Made by a program: the position numbers and the translations under genes
Assembly: GCA_964371995.1 (NCBI GenBank)
Contig: CAYJPG010000003.1
Span: 1,718-65,717 of the forward strand
Origin: an uncultured Chromatiaceae bacterium
Lineage (GTDB): Bacteria; Pseudomonadota; Gammaproteobacteria; Steroidobacterales; GCA-2729495
Reading direction: 5' to 3'
DNA: 64,000 nt
The notes under the pieces: model-generated
Told to the model about the DNA's origin: nothing
What the model saw: only the letters and a program-made list of their open reading frames with translations
Database searches by the model: none
Shown: positions 38,806 through 47,109 of the stretch, piece after piece
Position numbering within the stretch: position 1 is the stretch's first letter
Layout of the letters: every line of letters starts with the position of its first letter

Positions 38806-39672
38806 TTGATCCGCAGCATGACGGGTTTCGCACAGTCCGATACCGCTACCCCGCAGGGTGTTCTGCTCTGGGAACTGCGCTCGGTAAATAACCGCTACCT
38901 CGAAGTTCAGCTCAGGCTGCCGGAACTGTTCCGGCCCATCGAGAACGAAGTGCGGCAGCTGGCGGCTGCGCGGCTGGGACGCGGCCGTATCGAGGCCAGC
39001 CTCACCCTGCGCAACCCCCAGGGACAGCTGGCGGCCAGTCAGCTCAACCTCGCGCTGGCACGCCAGATCATCGGCCATGCGCGGGCGTTAGCCGATGAGA
39101 TCCGGAATACAGCTGCGCTGAACCCGCTCGAACTGTTGCGCTGGCCCGGTATCCTCGAGCAGGAAGAACAGGATCTTTCCGCCCTCTTGCCGATGGCCGT
39201 CGCCGGCTTTGACGCGGCATTGACCGACCTCGACGATGCCCGCGGGCGGGAAGGCGCGCGCATTGAGGAAATGTTCGAAAGACGACTGGCTGAAATCGAA
39301 AGTGGTGTTGCCGCGGTAGTCGCTCGCCTGCCCGCCGTGCTGACGCGTATCCGTGAACGGCTGGCCGAACGGATCGAGGCACTGGGCATCCCCGCCGACC
39401 GCGAGCGCCTGGAGCAGGAGATCGCGTTGCTCGCGCAAAAGCTTGATGTCAGCGAAGAACTGGACAGACTTACCGCCCATATCGCGGAGTTCCGCAGCAA
39501 TCTGCGCTCCGGCATCCCGGTCGGGCGCCGACTCGACTTCCTGGTACAGGAATTCAACCGTGAGGCCAATACCCTGGCCTCCAAATCTGCCGACGCAGAT
39601 ACGACCAGGCAGGCCGTAGACATCAAGGTACTGATCGAGCAGATTCGCGAACAGGTCCAAAATGTTGAATGA
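38806..39672 (+). CDS. yicC: YicC family stress-induced protein
   Basis: MIRSMTGFA...WELRSVNNRYLE...C-terminal EELDRLTAHI...GRRLDFLVQEFNREANTLASKS...VLIEQIREQVQNVE. Confidence 0.85.
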   Translation: MIRSMTGFAQSDTATPQGVLLWELRSVNNRYLEVQLRLPELFRPIENEVRQLAAARLGRGRIEASLTLRNPQGQLAASQLNLALARQIIGHARALADEIRNTAALNPLELLRWPGILEQEEQDLSALLPMAVAGFDAALTDLDDARGREGARIEEMFERRLAEIESGVAAVVARLPAVLTRIRERLAERIEALGIPADRERLEQEIALLAQKLDVSEELDRLTAHIAEFRSNLRSGIPVGRRLDFLVQEFNREANTLASKSADADTTRQAVDIKVLIEQIREQVQNVE

Positions 39673-39720
39673 TGTTTTCAGGACATGTCACACCATTTCA
39701 CTGAGTCGGTGAAAGAGAGA

Positions 39721-39747
39721 AAAGCCCGGGAAAAGCCGGGCTTTTTT
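39721..39747 (+). terminator. rho-independent terminator of yicC
   Basis: GCCCGG-gaaaag-CCGGGC stem (39724-39741, extendable with A:T pairs) followed by T6. Confidence 0.8.
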
Positions 39748-39763
39748 CATCTCACGTCATTGC

Positions 39764-39844
39764 AGGTACCCACATACAAGCGCAAGATTCTCATGTACCC
39801 AGACGTGTACACAAGGCGATTGGGTACACATTTTCCGGGTACAC
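39764..39844. repeat. five GTAC-centred 8-mers immediately upstream of the integrase gene
   Basis: AGGTACCC 39764, ATGTACCC 39793, GTGTACAC 39805, GGGTACAC 39822, GGGTACAC 39837 (consensus GKGTACMC, palindromic). Confidence 0.6.
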
Positions 39845-39855
39845 ACGGGTGACAC

Positions 39856-41118
39856 ATGGCAAAGCTGACGGATATACAGATTCGCACCTGGATCAAGTCC
39901 GGCGACCGATTCGCAGGGAGGAGCGACGGCAAGGGACTGACTCTCGTGTGGCGGGATGACGACCGGGTGCCGATCTGGCGCTTTCGCTACCGCTTCGCGG
40001 GCAAGCCGCGAACGATGAACTTGGGTAGCTACACCGACCTCTCCTTGGCGAAGGCCCGCGATACTGTGGAGACACTTCGGGCGCAGGTGAAGCTCGGCCA
40101 CGATGTTGCAGGAGAGAAGCAGGAGCGGAAGAAGAAGGCTGTGGCCAAGATCGAGGCCGCGAGGTTGGTGCGCACGGTCGGCCAGTTGGCGGACGAGTAT
40201 CTGGAGCGCGTGATCATCGGCCGCTGGAAGCACCCGAATATCGTCCGCAGTCGCATCGAGCGAGACATCAAGCCGAACATCGGGCTGATGGACGCCAAGG
40301 ATGTCCGGCCGCCGCATATTGACGATTTATTGAAAAAAATCCTCGCACGCGGGGCACCTACCGTTGCCAACGACGTACTGCGATGGCTTCGACGCATCTT
40401 CAACTTCGGTATCAAACGGGGCTATTTGGAAATGAACCCGGCGGCAGCGTTTGACCTGTCGGATGCCGGTGGCCGGGAGGAAGCCCGCGACCGATGGCTG
40501 ACCCTGGATGAGTTGGTGGTCCTGTTCGAGGCGATGCGCACCACCGCCGGCTTCACCGTGCAGAATGCGCACACCGTCCGGCTGCTGCTGATGCTGGCCG
40601 TCCGCAAGCAGGAACTGATCGCCGCTCGCGTGGCCGAACTCAATCTCGACAATGCCATCTGGATGCTGCCAGCCGAACGGACAAAGACCGGCAGGGAGAT
40701 CGCTATCCCGCTGCCGCCGCAGGCCGTAGCCTCGCTGCGGGAGTTGATCCGCCTCGGCGAAGGAAGCGCGTACTTGCTCCCCGCGCGCAAGGCCCAGGAC
40801 CGGATGCTGCCCCACATACACGAGAACACGTTAAACCAGGCATTGGCAAAACTACGTTCAAAACTTGGGACCATGCCTCATTTCACGGTCCACGACTTTC
40901 GGCGGACCGCCAAGACGCAGTTGCAGGCGCTCGGTACTGCACCGTGGATTTCCGAGCGATGCCTGAACCACAAGCTCAAGGGGGTCGAGGGTCGCTATGA
41001 CCGTTACAGTTACATTGACGAGCGGCGCGAGGCCCTGGGGAAATGGGCCAACGTCCTGGAACGCTGCGAGCACGGTATCGGACAGGTGACACCGATTCGG
41101 AAGCGAGCGGGTAACTAG
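39856..41118 (+). CDS. int: tyrosine recombinase, P4-type integrase
   Basis: N-terminal arm-binding domain KLTDIQIRTWIKSG...GKGLTLVW...WRFRYRFAGKPRTMNLGSYTDLSLAKARD. Catalytic region ...HDFRRTAKTQL...LNHKLKGVEGRYDRYSY (the R..HxxR..Y pattern). Confidence 0.9.
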   Translation: MAKLTDIQIRTWIKSGDRFAGRSDGKGLTLVWRDDDRVPIWRFRYRFAGKPRTMNLGSYTDLSLAKARDTVETLRAQVKLGHDVAGEKQERKKKAVAKIEAARLVRTVGQLADEYLERVIIGRWKHPNIVRSRIERDIKPNIGLMDAKDVRPPHIDDLLKKILARGAPTVANDVLRWLRRIFNFGIKRGYLEMNPAAAFDLSDAGGREEARDRWLTLDELVVLFEAMRTTAGFTVQNAHTVRLLLMLAVRKQELIAARVAELNLDNAIWMLPAERTKTGREIAIPLPPQAVASLRELIRLGEGSAYLLPARKAQDRMLPHIHENTLNQALAKLRSKLGTMPHFTVHDFRRTAKTQLQALGTAPWISERCLNHKLKGVEGRYDRYSYIDERREALGKWANVLERCEHGIGQVTPIRKRAGN

Positions 41119-41213
41119 CCGAACGCGGCTTGTGGACTCAAGATATTGAGCCACTTGAGGTTTTCTGACATGACCTGCTCTCTTGTGGGGTGCCTCGGAA
41201 AGGGTGATTGATA

Positions 41214-41240
41214 GTTCAGCTCCTCACAACGGAGCTGAAC
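41214..41240 (+). promoter_or_regulatory. 10-bp-stem hairpin/palindrome covering the Shine-Dalgarno sequence of the AlpA-like gene
   Basis: GTTCAGCTCC-tcacaac-GGAGCTGAAC ends 1 nt before ATG 41241. The GGAG of the right arm is the only SD-like element. Confidence 0.5.
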
Positions 41241-41477
41241 ATGTCTGAAAGCAACATTCCGGCGCTGCCGGAAGCCCTGAGGAACTTCGACGCCCTCCCT
41301 GACTCGGCCGAGGTCCGGCAACCGGTCGTTGAGGCCTTGTTCGGCATCAGCGCTGCCAGCGTCTGGCGCTGGTCACGCGCAGGCCTCTTGCCAAAGCCGC
41401 GCAAACGCGGGCTGCGCGTCACCACCTGGAATGTGGGAGAGCTGCGGGCCACCCTTCTGATGAGGGGCGTACCATGA
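41241..41477 (+). CDS. AlpA-family HTH regulator / putative excisionase
   Basis: Start chosen at ATG 41241. VRQPVVEALFGISAASVWRWSRAGLLPKPRKRGLRVTTWNVGEL matches the AlpA/phage HTH pattern. Confidence 0.7.
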   Translation: MSESNIPALPEALRNFDALPDSAEVRQPVVEALFGISAASVWRWSRAGLLPKPRKRGLRVTTWNVGELRATLLMRGVP

Positions 41478-42139
41478 AATCCAGCAGGAGCCGCACCAAG
41501 CTCGCCGACCCGCACGTTCGTCTCTATGGGTGGGAGCTGGCGTCGCCGGCCTACCGCTCGCTCTCTCCTGATGCCCGCGCGCTGCTCGTGGATTTCCGCT
41601 CACTGTTCTCCGGACGCGAGAACCGCGTGTTCTTCAGCATCCGGGACATGATGGAGAAGCTTGGCGGCACTGGTCAGGCTCGGGCAATGAACGCCCGGGA
41701 TGAGCTGCTGGATCGCGGCTGGATTCGTGAGATCGAGCGTGGCAGCTTCCACCGCAAAACACGGCTCGCAACAGTCTACGCGCTGACCAATGAGCCGATT
41801 CACCAGCGAGATGGACAGGTCGCACCAAAGGACTATATGCGCTGGAAGTCACCGAAAACGACAGTAGTTAAATTGGATACCGACAGTACCGATGCTGAAT
41901 ACCGAGTTTCGACTGAAAAAGCCGACTTTGCCGCTCACGGTAGTGAATCCGGATACCGTCAACCGGAAAAAGCACGATCCGCGGTAGCCGCCACGGGTAC
42001 ACAGATAGGTTACCAAGCGCAGCTTGATGCCCTACCACTGCTCTATGCCGCCTTCTGGTACCCGATGACTGACCAGCAGCAGATCGGCGCCATCCTGTTC
42101 GGTCTACTGAACCTATGCGAAGCCGGATCGTCCGCATGA
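41474..42139 (+). CDS. island hypothetical protein (possible winged-helix/replication-type)
   Basis: ATGA overlap with the upstream gene. No motif recognised. Its position is typical of regulatory or replication genes in small integrative elements. Confidence 0.55.
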   Translation: MKSSRSRTKLADPHVRLYGWELASPAYRSLSPDARALLVDFRSLFSGRENRVFFSIRDMMEKLGGTGQARAMNARDELLDRGWIREIERGSFHRKTRLATVYALTNEPIHQRDGQVAPKDYMRWKSPKTTVVKLDTDSTDAEYRVSTEKADFAAHGSESGYRQPEKARSAVAATGTQIGYQAQLDALPLLYAAFWYPMTDQQQIGAILFGLLNLCEAGSSA

Positions 42140-42381
42140 TCTGCCACTGCGGCGGCCAGACAATCCGAATGCGCGCCCGCGAAGGCGATGCGACGCTGAA
42201 GTGGCATCAGTGCGGCGCTTGTGGTCGATGTGACGGGTTTGAGCTGCACATCTGCGATGTACAGGCCGCAAACGGGCAAGCCGCGCGTCGGGTGTCCCAT
42301 GATTCTGCCGTAATCGCACTCATGTCCAGGCGATACCGCAAACGTGGCCGAGTCCTCGCACCTACGGAGACTGCGGCATGA
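42136..42381 (+). CDS. small Cys4 zinc-ribbon protein
   Basis: Start chosen at ATG 42136 (ATGA overlap). MICHCGG...CGACGRC. Confidence 0.5.
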   Translation: MICHCGGQTIRMRAREGDATLKWHQCGACGRCDGFELHICDVQAANGQAARRVSHDSAVIALMSRRYRKRGRVLAPTETAA

Positions 42382-42989
42382 ACGACACGATCTCGGATGA
42401 CGAAAACACCGAGTGGTCGAAGACCATGTCCGCCCATGCTCTTGATCCGCAATTCAGCGCGGCCGCCGTTTTGGATAGCTTTTCGACTAAGGAGTTCGGA
42501 AATCTCGACCTGAACACCCTCATGAGCATCCTGACCAGTGCCTGCCAGCGCATCGCCAGCGGCAATCTCGCCGACATCGAAGCCATGCTGTTCTCGCAGG
42601 CAACGGCCCTTCAAAGCATCTTTACGATGCTCGCCATGCAAGCCAGCCGTTCTCCGTGCGGCTACAAGCAGGTAGAGACCTATCTCCGGCTGGCCCTGAA
42701 ATCTCAGAACCAGTGCCGAGCCACACTGGAAACACTGGCGGCCATGAAAACCCCTCGCCAGGTGGCTTTCGTCGCCCAGACCAACATCGCCCACGGGCCG
42801 CAGCAGGTAAATAATTTTCCCGCACAAGCAGCCGGCGGGGTGGCCCCTGTCGAAAACTCGCCGAACGAACTATTGGAGAACCAGCATGGCGAACGGATGG
42901 ACACTGGAACGGCGGGTGCGGCAAGCGGAACGGATCCGAAGCTGGCAGCCGTGGAAACGGTCAACAGGGCCCCGGACCGCAGACGGTAA
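42378..42989 (+). CDS. island hypothetical protein
   Basis: ATGA overlap with the upstream gene. No motif recognised. Confidence 0.5.
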   Translation: MNDTISDDENTEWSKTMSAHALDPQFSAAAVLDSFSTKEFGNLDLNTLMSILTSACQRIASGNLADIEAMLFSQATALQSIFTMLAMQASRSPCGYKQVETYLRLALKSQNQCRATLETLAAMKTPRQVAFVAQTNIAHGPQQVNNFPAQAAGGVAPVENSPNELLENQHGERMDTGTAGAASGTDPKLAAVETVNRAPDRRR

Positions 42990-43131
42990 GGCGCGAGCCG
43001 CCCGCAACGCCTACAAGGGTGCCTGGCGTAAAGAGCTGCGTCGGTTAGCACTCCTCCTGAGAGACGCACGCCATCAGACAGTCACCGTTCGATCAACCTC
43101 ATACGGTCAGATCCTGTCGCCCGAGCCTTGA
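42886..43131 (+). CDS. island hypothetical basic protein
   Basis: An 81-aa Arg/Lys-rich ORF (RIRSWQPWKRSTGPRTADGKARAARNAYKGAWRKELR). It overlaps the previous ORF by 104 nt in another frame. Confidence 0.45.
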   Translation: MANGWTLERRVRQAERIRSWQPWKRSTGPRTADGKARAARNAYKGAWRKELRRLALLLRDARHQTVTVRSTSYGQILSPEP

Positions 43132-43178
43132 AAATTTTGTACTCTGCTGCCTCCACTTGCTCAGGATTGGCCAATCCC

Positions 43179-43415
43179 ATGTCCACGAAAAGCAGCGGAG
43201 GCGAAATCCTCACGATCAAGGACGTCGCCAAGTACCTAAAGGTCACCGAACGGACGATCTACCGGCTCGCTGGAGCCAAGAAGATTCCAGCCTTCAAGGT
43301 AGGCGGAACGTGGCGTTTTTCGCGCGTCGACATCGATAGCTGGATCAGGCAGCAATCGACCAGCAAGCCGGAACGTGCCAGGCGCGGAACATCCCATAAA
43401 GGGGAGCAGCAGTAA
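43179..43415 (+). CDS. excisionase-family (MerR-like) HTH DNA-binding protein, first gene of the defence operon
   Basis: Start chosen at ATG 43179; the ORF-track start at 43128 is TTG. ILTIKDVAKYLKVTERTIYRLAGAKKIPAFKVGGTWRFSRVDIDSWI. Confidence 0.7.
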   Translation: MSTKSSGGEILTIKDVAKYLKVTERTIYRLAGAKKIPAFKVGGTWRFSRVDIDSWIRQQSTSKPERARRGTSHKGEQQ

Positions 43416-46120
43416 TGCTTGGACTGACTCTACGAGAAGAATTCCGGGGCAAACGCCTCAAGGGCACAGCCATCGAGCTGTCCAACGACCAGAACACGGG
43501 CGCGACCCAGATTGCGGCCAAGCAGTTTCTGGATATCACCTATCCGACGCACGATCTGCTGAAAGGCATCGAAGCTGTCGGCCCCAACCAGGGCCGCCCC
43601 GTGGTCGTGATCGGCGAGCGCGGCCTTGGCAAGTCGCACTTGATGGCCGCGCTCTACCATGCGGTGACTGACCCGTTGTCGACCCGCTCGTGGCTCAACG
43701 CCTGGGCAACCACACTGGCCGACGCCAGCATCGGCAAGATCGCCCTGCGCGACGGGATGCACGTCATCGGCGAAAGCCTGCATCGCCACCGCTACAAATT
43801 CCTGTGGGATGTCCTGTTGGAGAACCATCCGCACGGCACCTTCATCAAGGGCAAGTGGGACGGCCAGGGCGCGTCCAAGACCGAAATCCCATCCGACAAG
43901 CTCATCATCGAGCTGCTGGAGAACAAGCCGACGATGCTGCTGCTGGATGAGTTCCAGACGTGGTACGACGGCCTCACCAACACCAAGCAGTACCCGTGGA
44001 AGAACTGGGCGTTCAACTTCATCCAGATTCTTTCGGAAATCGCCAAAGAAAGGCCAGACCTGCTAGTGCTGGTGATCTCGGTGCGTAACGGTGGCAGCGA
44101 CGCATATCAGCAGGTTCATCGTGTCAACCCGGTCGCCATCGACTTCAAGGCAGGCGGCAGCGCTGAGCGCATCCAGCAGGATCGCCGCCGCATGCTGTTG
44201 CACCGCTTGTTCGACAACCGCTTGCAGATCGCCAGCGGCACCATCGAATCGCTGGTCGCGCAGCACGTCGCTGAATCCTTCCGCCTGCTCGATGTGCCGT
44301 CCGCCGAGCAGGAGCGCAAGCGCCGAGAGTTCACCGAATCGTGGCCCTATGCACCGCACCTGCTGCGCCTACTGGAAGAGCAGGTGCTGATCGCCACCGA
44401 TGCGCAGGAAACGCGCGACCTGATTCGCATCCTCGCCAACCTCTACAAGAGCGGTGGCGAGGCCGTGCCCGTGCTCACCGCCGCCGACTTCCGGCTGGAC
44501 GACGATACCTCGGGCATCGGCGCGCTGCTCGAAGCCGTCGCCAACCAGCACCACCGCACGCTGCGCGACAAGGCGCAGCAGAACATCATCTCGGTGCAGG
44601 AAGCGCGGCACGACCACGTCAGCGGTGCGCCACACCTACAGGAAATCATCGGCGCACTGTGGCTGCGCTCGATCGCCGTCGGCAACCTCGCCGGAGCTGA
44701 ACCCGCCACGCTGCAACTGGACATCACCCGTGACAAGCCGGTGGACGACAACGCTTTCCAGGTCGAGTTGGCGACCATCGTGGAGAACAGCTTCAACATT
44801 CATCAGGAAGGCACCAAGCTGTTGTTCCGTGAGGAAGAGAACCCGCGCGCCAAGCTCATGGCCTATGCGCGCAACGACAAGCTGTTCGCCGACGGGGCGG
44901 ATCAGGAGCAGCTCGTCAGGCAGGTGCGCTACGTCATCGGCGGCAGCGACGAGGTCGCAAAGACCTTCCGCGTGATCGCCCTGCCGAAGTCGTGGGTCAA
45001 TGATCCTTGGACAGCGCTCGATGAAGCCGAGCAACCCGACAAGTGGGACGACCGTCTGCCCATCCTCGTGCTGCCCGAGGAAGCCGACAAGCTCGACGCA
45101 ACGCTGGGCCGCTGGCTCAAAGACCAGTTGCAGAAGCGCCGCAACACCGTGCGCTTCCTGCTACCGCGCGCGGGCAGTACCAACTCCTTTATGGATCACG
45201 ACCTGCTCATCCTCACCCGCGCCGCAATGAAGGCGCAGGAATGGGGCGGTCAGAACCCCGAATACAAGAAGCTGCACAAAGAGTTCGAAAATACCCTGCG
45301 CGACAACCTCAAGAAGCGCTTCGACCGCTTCGCCGTGCTGCAACGCTGGAACTTCGCCGACCCCGCGCAGTGCAAGTTCAGCGTCGAACCTCTCGACAAG
45401 CAGGGCTCGCAGATTCCCGAAGCCATCGAGGAGGCGCTGACCGGCGACCTTTTCGTGCCCGAGGACTTCGAGGAACTGGTGATCGAGTACGCCAGCAACA
45501 ACGAATCGGTCGGTAAGCTGCTGCGCGAGTTGCAGGAGCCGCGCCCTGCCGGCCAGGACTGCATCCCGTGGCTCGGCGAAACGGCAATGAAGGAACGCCT
45601 GCTGCGTCTGTGCGCCAAGGGCAAGGTCGCCATCAACTTGCGCGGCATGGAGTACCTGCAAACGAGCCCAGGCGAAGACGAGGACACCGCGTGGCGTCGG
45701 TTGCGGCCCAAGCTCTCGCTGACGGGTCGCCACCTCGACGACGTGTTTGTGATGTTGCCCTCGGCAGTCCCAGCCACCGGCGGCTCCACGCCATCGGCTC
45801 TGACGCCAGTAGCACTTGGTGAGGCGCCGCCCACATCCGGCAATGAATTTCCCCCAGCTATATCGCCAACGTCCACGTCGCACCGCATCTTCGACGACGG
45901 CAGCAGCACCACCAAGCCGCGCACGCCGCTGTCAAACCCGGCTACGTCACCGCTCAACCTGATCGGCAAAATCGAGGGGTGGGGCATCGGCCCGGCCACC
46001 AAGGTCGCGGAGGTGTCCATCAAGGTATCAGCCGCCACCGGAGCGCAGCTCAAGGAACTGCTCAAGAAGCTGCCCGAAGGCATGAGCTTCGAGCTGAACC
46101 TTGAGAAGGAGGACGATTGA
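43415..46120 (+). CDS. DUF499-type P-loop ATPase (BrxC/HmaC-like)
   Basis: TAATG overlap with the HTH gene. Walker A VIGERGLGKSHLMAAL, Walker B PTMLLLDEFQTW. Size and overall layout are as I recall for COG1483/DUF499 proteins. A P/S/T-rich linker precedes a small C-terminal domain. Confidence 0.75.
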   Translation: MLGLTLREEFRGKRLKGTAIELSNDQNTGATQIAAKQFLDITYPTHDLLKGIEAVGPNQGRPVVVIGERGLGKSHLMAALYHAVTDPLSTRSWLNAWATTLADASIGKIALRDGMHVIGESLHRHRYKFLWDVLLENHPHGTFIKGKWDGQGASKTEIPSDKLIIELLENKPTMLLLDEFQTWYDGLTNTKQYPWKNWAFNFIQILSEIAKERPDLLVLVISVRNGGSDAYQQVHRVNPVAIDFKAGGSAERIQQDRRRMLLHRLFDNRLQIASGTIESLVAQHVAESFRLLDVPSAEQERKRREFTESWPYAPHLLRLLEEQVLIATDAQETRDLIRILANLYKSGGEAVPVLTAADFRLDDDTSGIGALLEAVANQHHRTLRDKAQQNIISVQEARHDHVSGAPHLQEIIGALWLRSIAVGNLAGAEPATLQLDITRDKPVDDNAFQVELATIVENSFNIHQEGTKLLFREEENPRAKLMAYARNDKLFADGADQEQLVRQVRYVIGGSDEVAKTFRVIALPKSWVNDPWTALDEAEQPDKWDDRLPILVLPEEADKLDATLGRWLKDQLQKRRNTVRFLLPRAGSTNSFMDHDLLILTRAAMKAQEWGGQNPEYKKLHKEFENTLRDNLKKRFDRFAVLQRWNFADPAQCKFSVEPLDKQGSQIPEAIEEALTGDLFVPEDFEELVIEYASNNESVGKLLRELQEPRPAGQDCIPWLGETAMKERLLRLCAKGKVAINLRGMEYLQTSPGEDEDTAWRRLRPKLSLTGRHLDDVFVMLPSAVPATGGSTPSALTPVALGEAPPTSGNEFPPAISPTSTSHRIFDDGSSTTKPRTPLSNPATSPLNLIGKIEGWGIGPATKVAEVSIKVSAATGAQLKELLKKLPEGMSFELNLEKEDD

Positions 46121-47109
46121 TGGCACTGACCGCCAGCGCCTTGCAGGCCCTGACCCAAGGCTCCGACGCGGATGCTTGGCGCGTCATTGTTGAGCAGGCC
46201 GTCGAGATCGCCCGAAAGCCGCTGGCCGCAGGCAATTCGCCCAGCGAAGTCGTCGGGCGCGACCGCGAAATCGGCGCACTGGATCTGTTCCTCTCTTCCA
46301 GCGGCTGGGACTTGTGGCACGCCTTCGGCGACAGCGTGGAGCGCACCTCGGATCGCCTGACACGCTGGTGGGCCGAACCCTTCAGCGCCAAGGCGGTGCT
46401 GATCCTCGACGGCCTTTCCCTGCGCGAACTGCCGTGGCTGTTGCAGGGCGCGAAGGTGCGCGGTTTCACCACGCACGAGGTCGCTGCCTGCGCCTCCGAG
46501 CTGCCGGGCGAAACGGATGAGTTCGCTCGCGCGCTCGGCTTCGCCAGCCGCAGCAAACTCCAGAACAACGGCGGCGGCCTCGCGCACAAGCTGCAAGCCG
46601 CCAGCACCGAAACCGTCGACTTGCCGTGGAAGGACTGCCAAGCCCTGATCGGCAGTGCGCCGAACCAGGTCTTCTGGCACCACTGGCCCGACGCCAAGCT
46701 GCACGACGGCGCAGGCGCAGGCCAGGGGCTGGAGCCGTTAACCAAGGACGTGGCCGAGCAGTTGTCCAGCGATGACTTCTGGGCCTTCGTCGAGCGCCTC
46801 GCCACCGGGCGGCGGCTGGTCATCACCTCCGACCACGGCTACGCGGCCACCGGCCACTTCTCCGATGCCGATAGCGAGGTCGGCCATTTCCTCAAGCAGA
46901 CGTTTGGAAGCTCGCGCAGCAAGGCGGGAACCGGCGACACCGGCCCATTCGTGCCGCCAGTGGCATTGCAGATCAACAGCCCTCACGGCGCGCACCTGTT
47001 GGCCCTGGGCCGCAGGAAATGGCGCAGCCAGGGCGGCTACCCGACGCTCACGCACGGCGGCCTGTCGCTGCTGGAAGTGCTGTCGCCTTTCGTGGAGATC
47101 AGTAAATGA
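46120..47109 (+). CDS. short PglZ-like alkaline-phosphatase-superfamily protein
   Basis: TGATG overlap with the ATPase gene. Ordered landmarks: AVLILDGLSLRELPWLL, ELPGETDEFA, LVITSDHGYAATG, THGGLSLLEVLSPFVEI. Confidence 0.6.
   Translation: MALTASALQALTQGSDADAWRVIVEQAVEIARKPLAAGNSPSEVVGRDREIGALDLFLSSSGWDLWHAFGDSVERTSDRLTRWWAEPFSAKAVLILDGLSLRELPWLLQGAKVRGFTTHEVAACASELPGETDEFARALGFASRSKLQNNGGGLAHKLQAASTETVDLPWKDCQALIGSAPNQVFWHHWPDAKLHDGAGAGQGLEPLTKDVAEQLSSDDFWAFVERLATGRRLVITSDHGYAATGHFSDADSEVGHFLKQTFGSSRSKAGTGDTGPFVPPVALQINSPHGAHLLALGRRKWRSQGGYPTLTHGGLSLLEVLSPFVEISK

Noticed and set aside
39680-39687. Shared 8-mer AGGACATG at 39680-39687 and 55513-55520 as a possible att core direct repeat.
   Set aside because: An 8-mer match between two junction windows of about 200 bp is expected by chance roughly once. 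The left copy also lies upstream of the yicC terminator, which would put that terminator inside the island.
39673-39855. A tRNA or tmRNA gene as the integration target of the P4-type integrase. The right junction 55410-55636 was also checked.
   Set aside because: I could not fold any 70-90-nt segment into a cloverleaf or find a T-loop GTTCGAATC-like element. The left junction holds only the yicC terminator and the GTAC-motif array. A tRNAscan-SE run would settle this.
43128-43178. The longer form of the operon-leading HTH protein starting at 43128.
   Set aside because: That start is TTG, it overlaps the previous stop, and it adds a hydrophobic, non-conserved-looking 17 aa. ATG 43179 gives a typical roughly 78-aa excisionase-type HTH. 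The choice remains uncertain.
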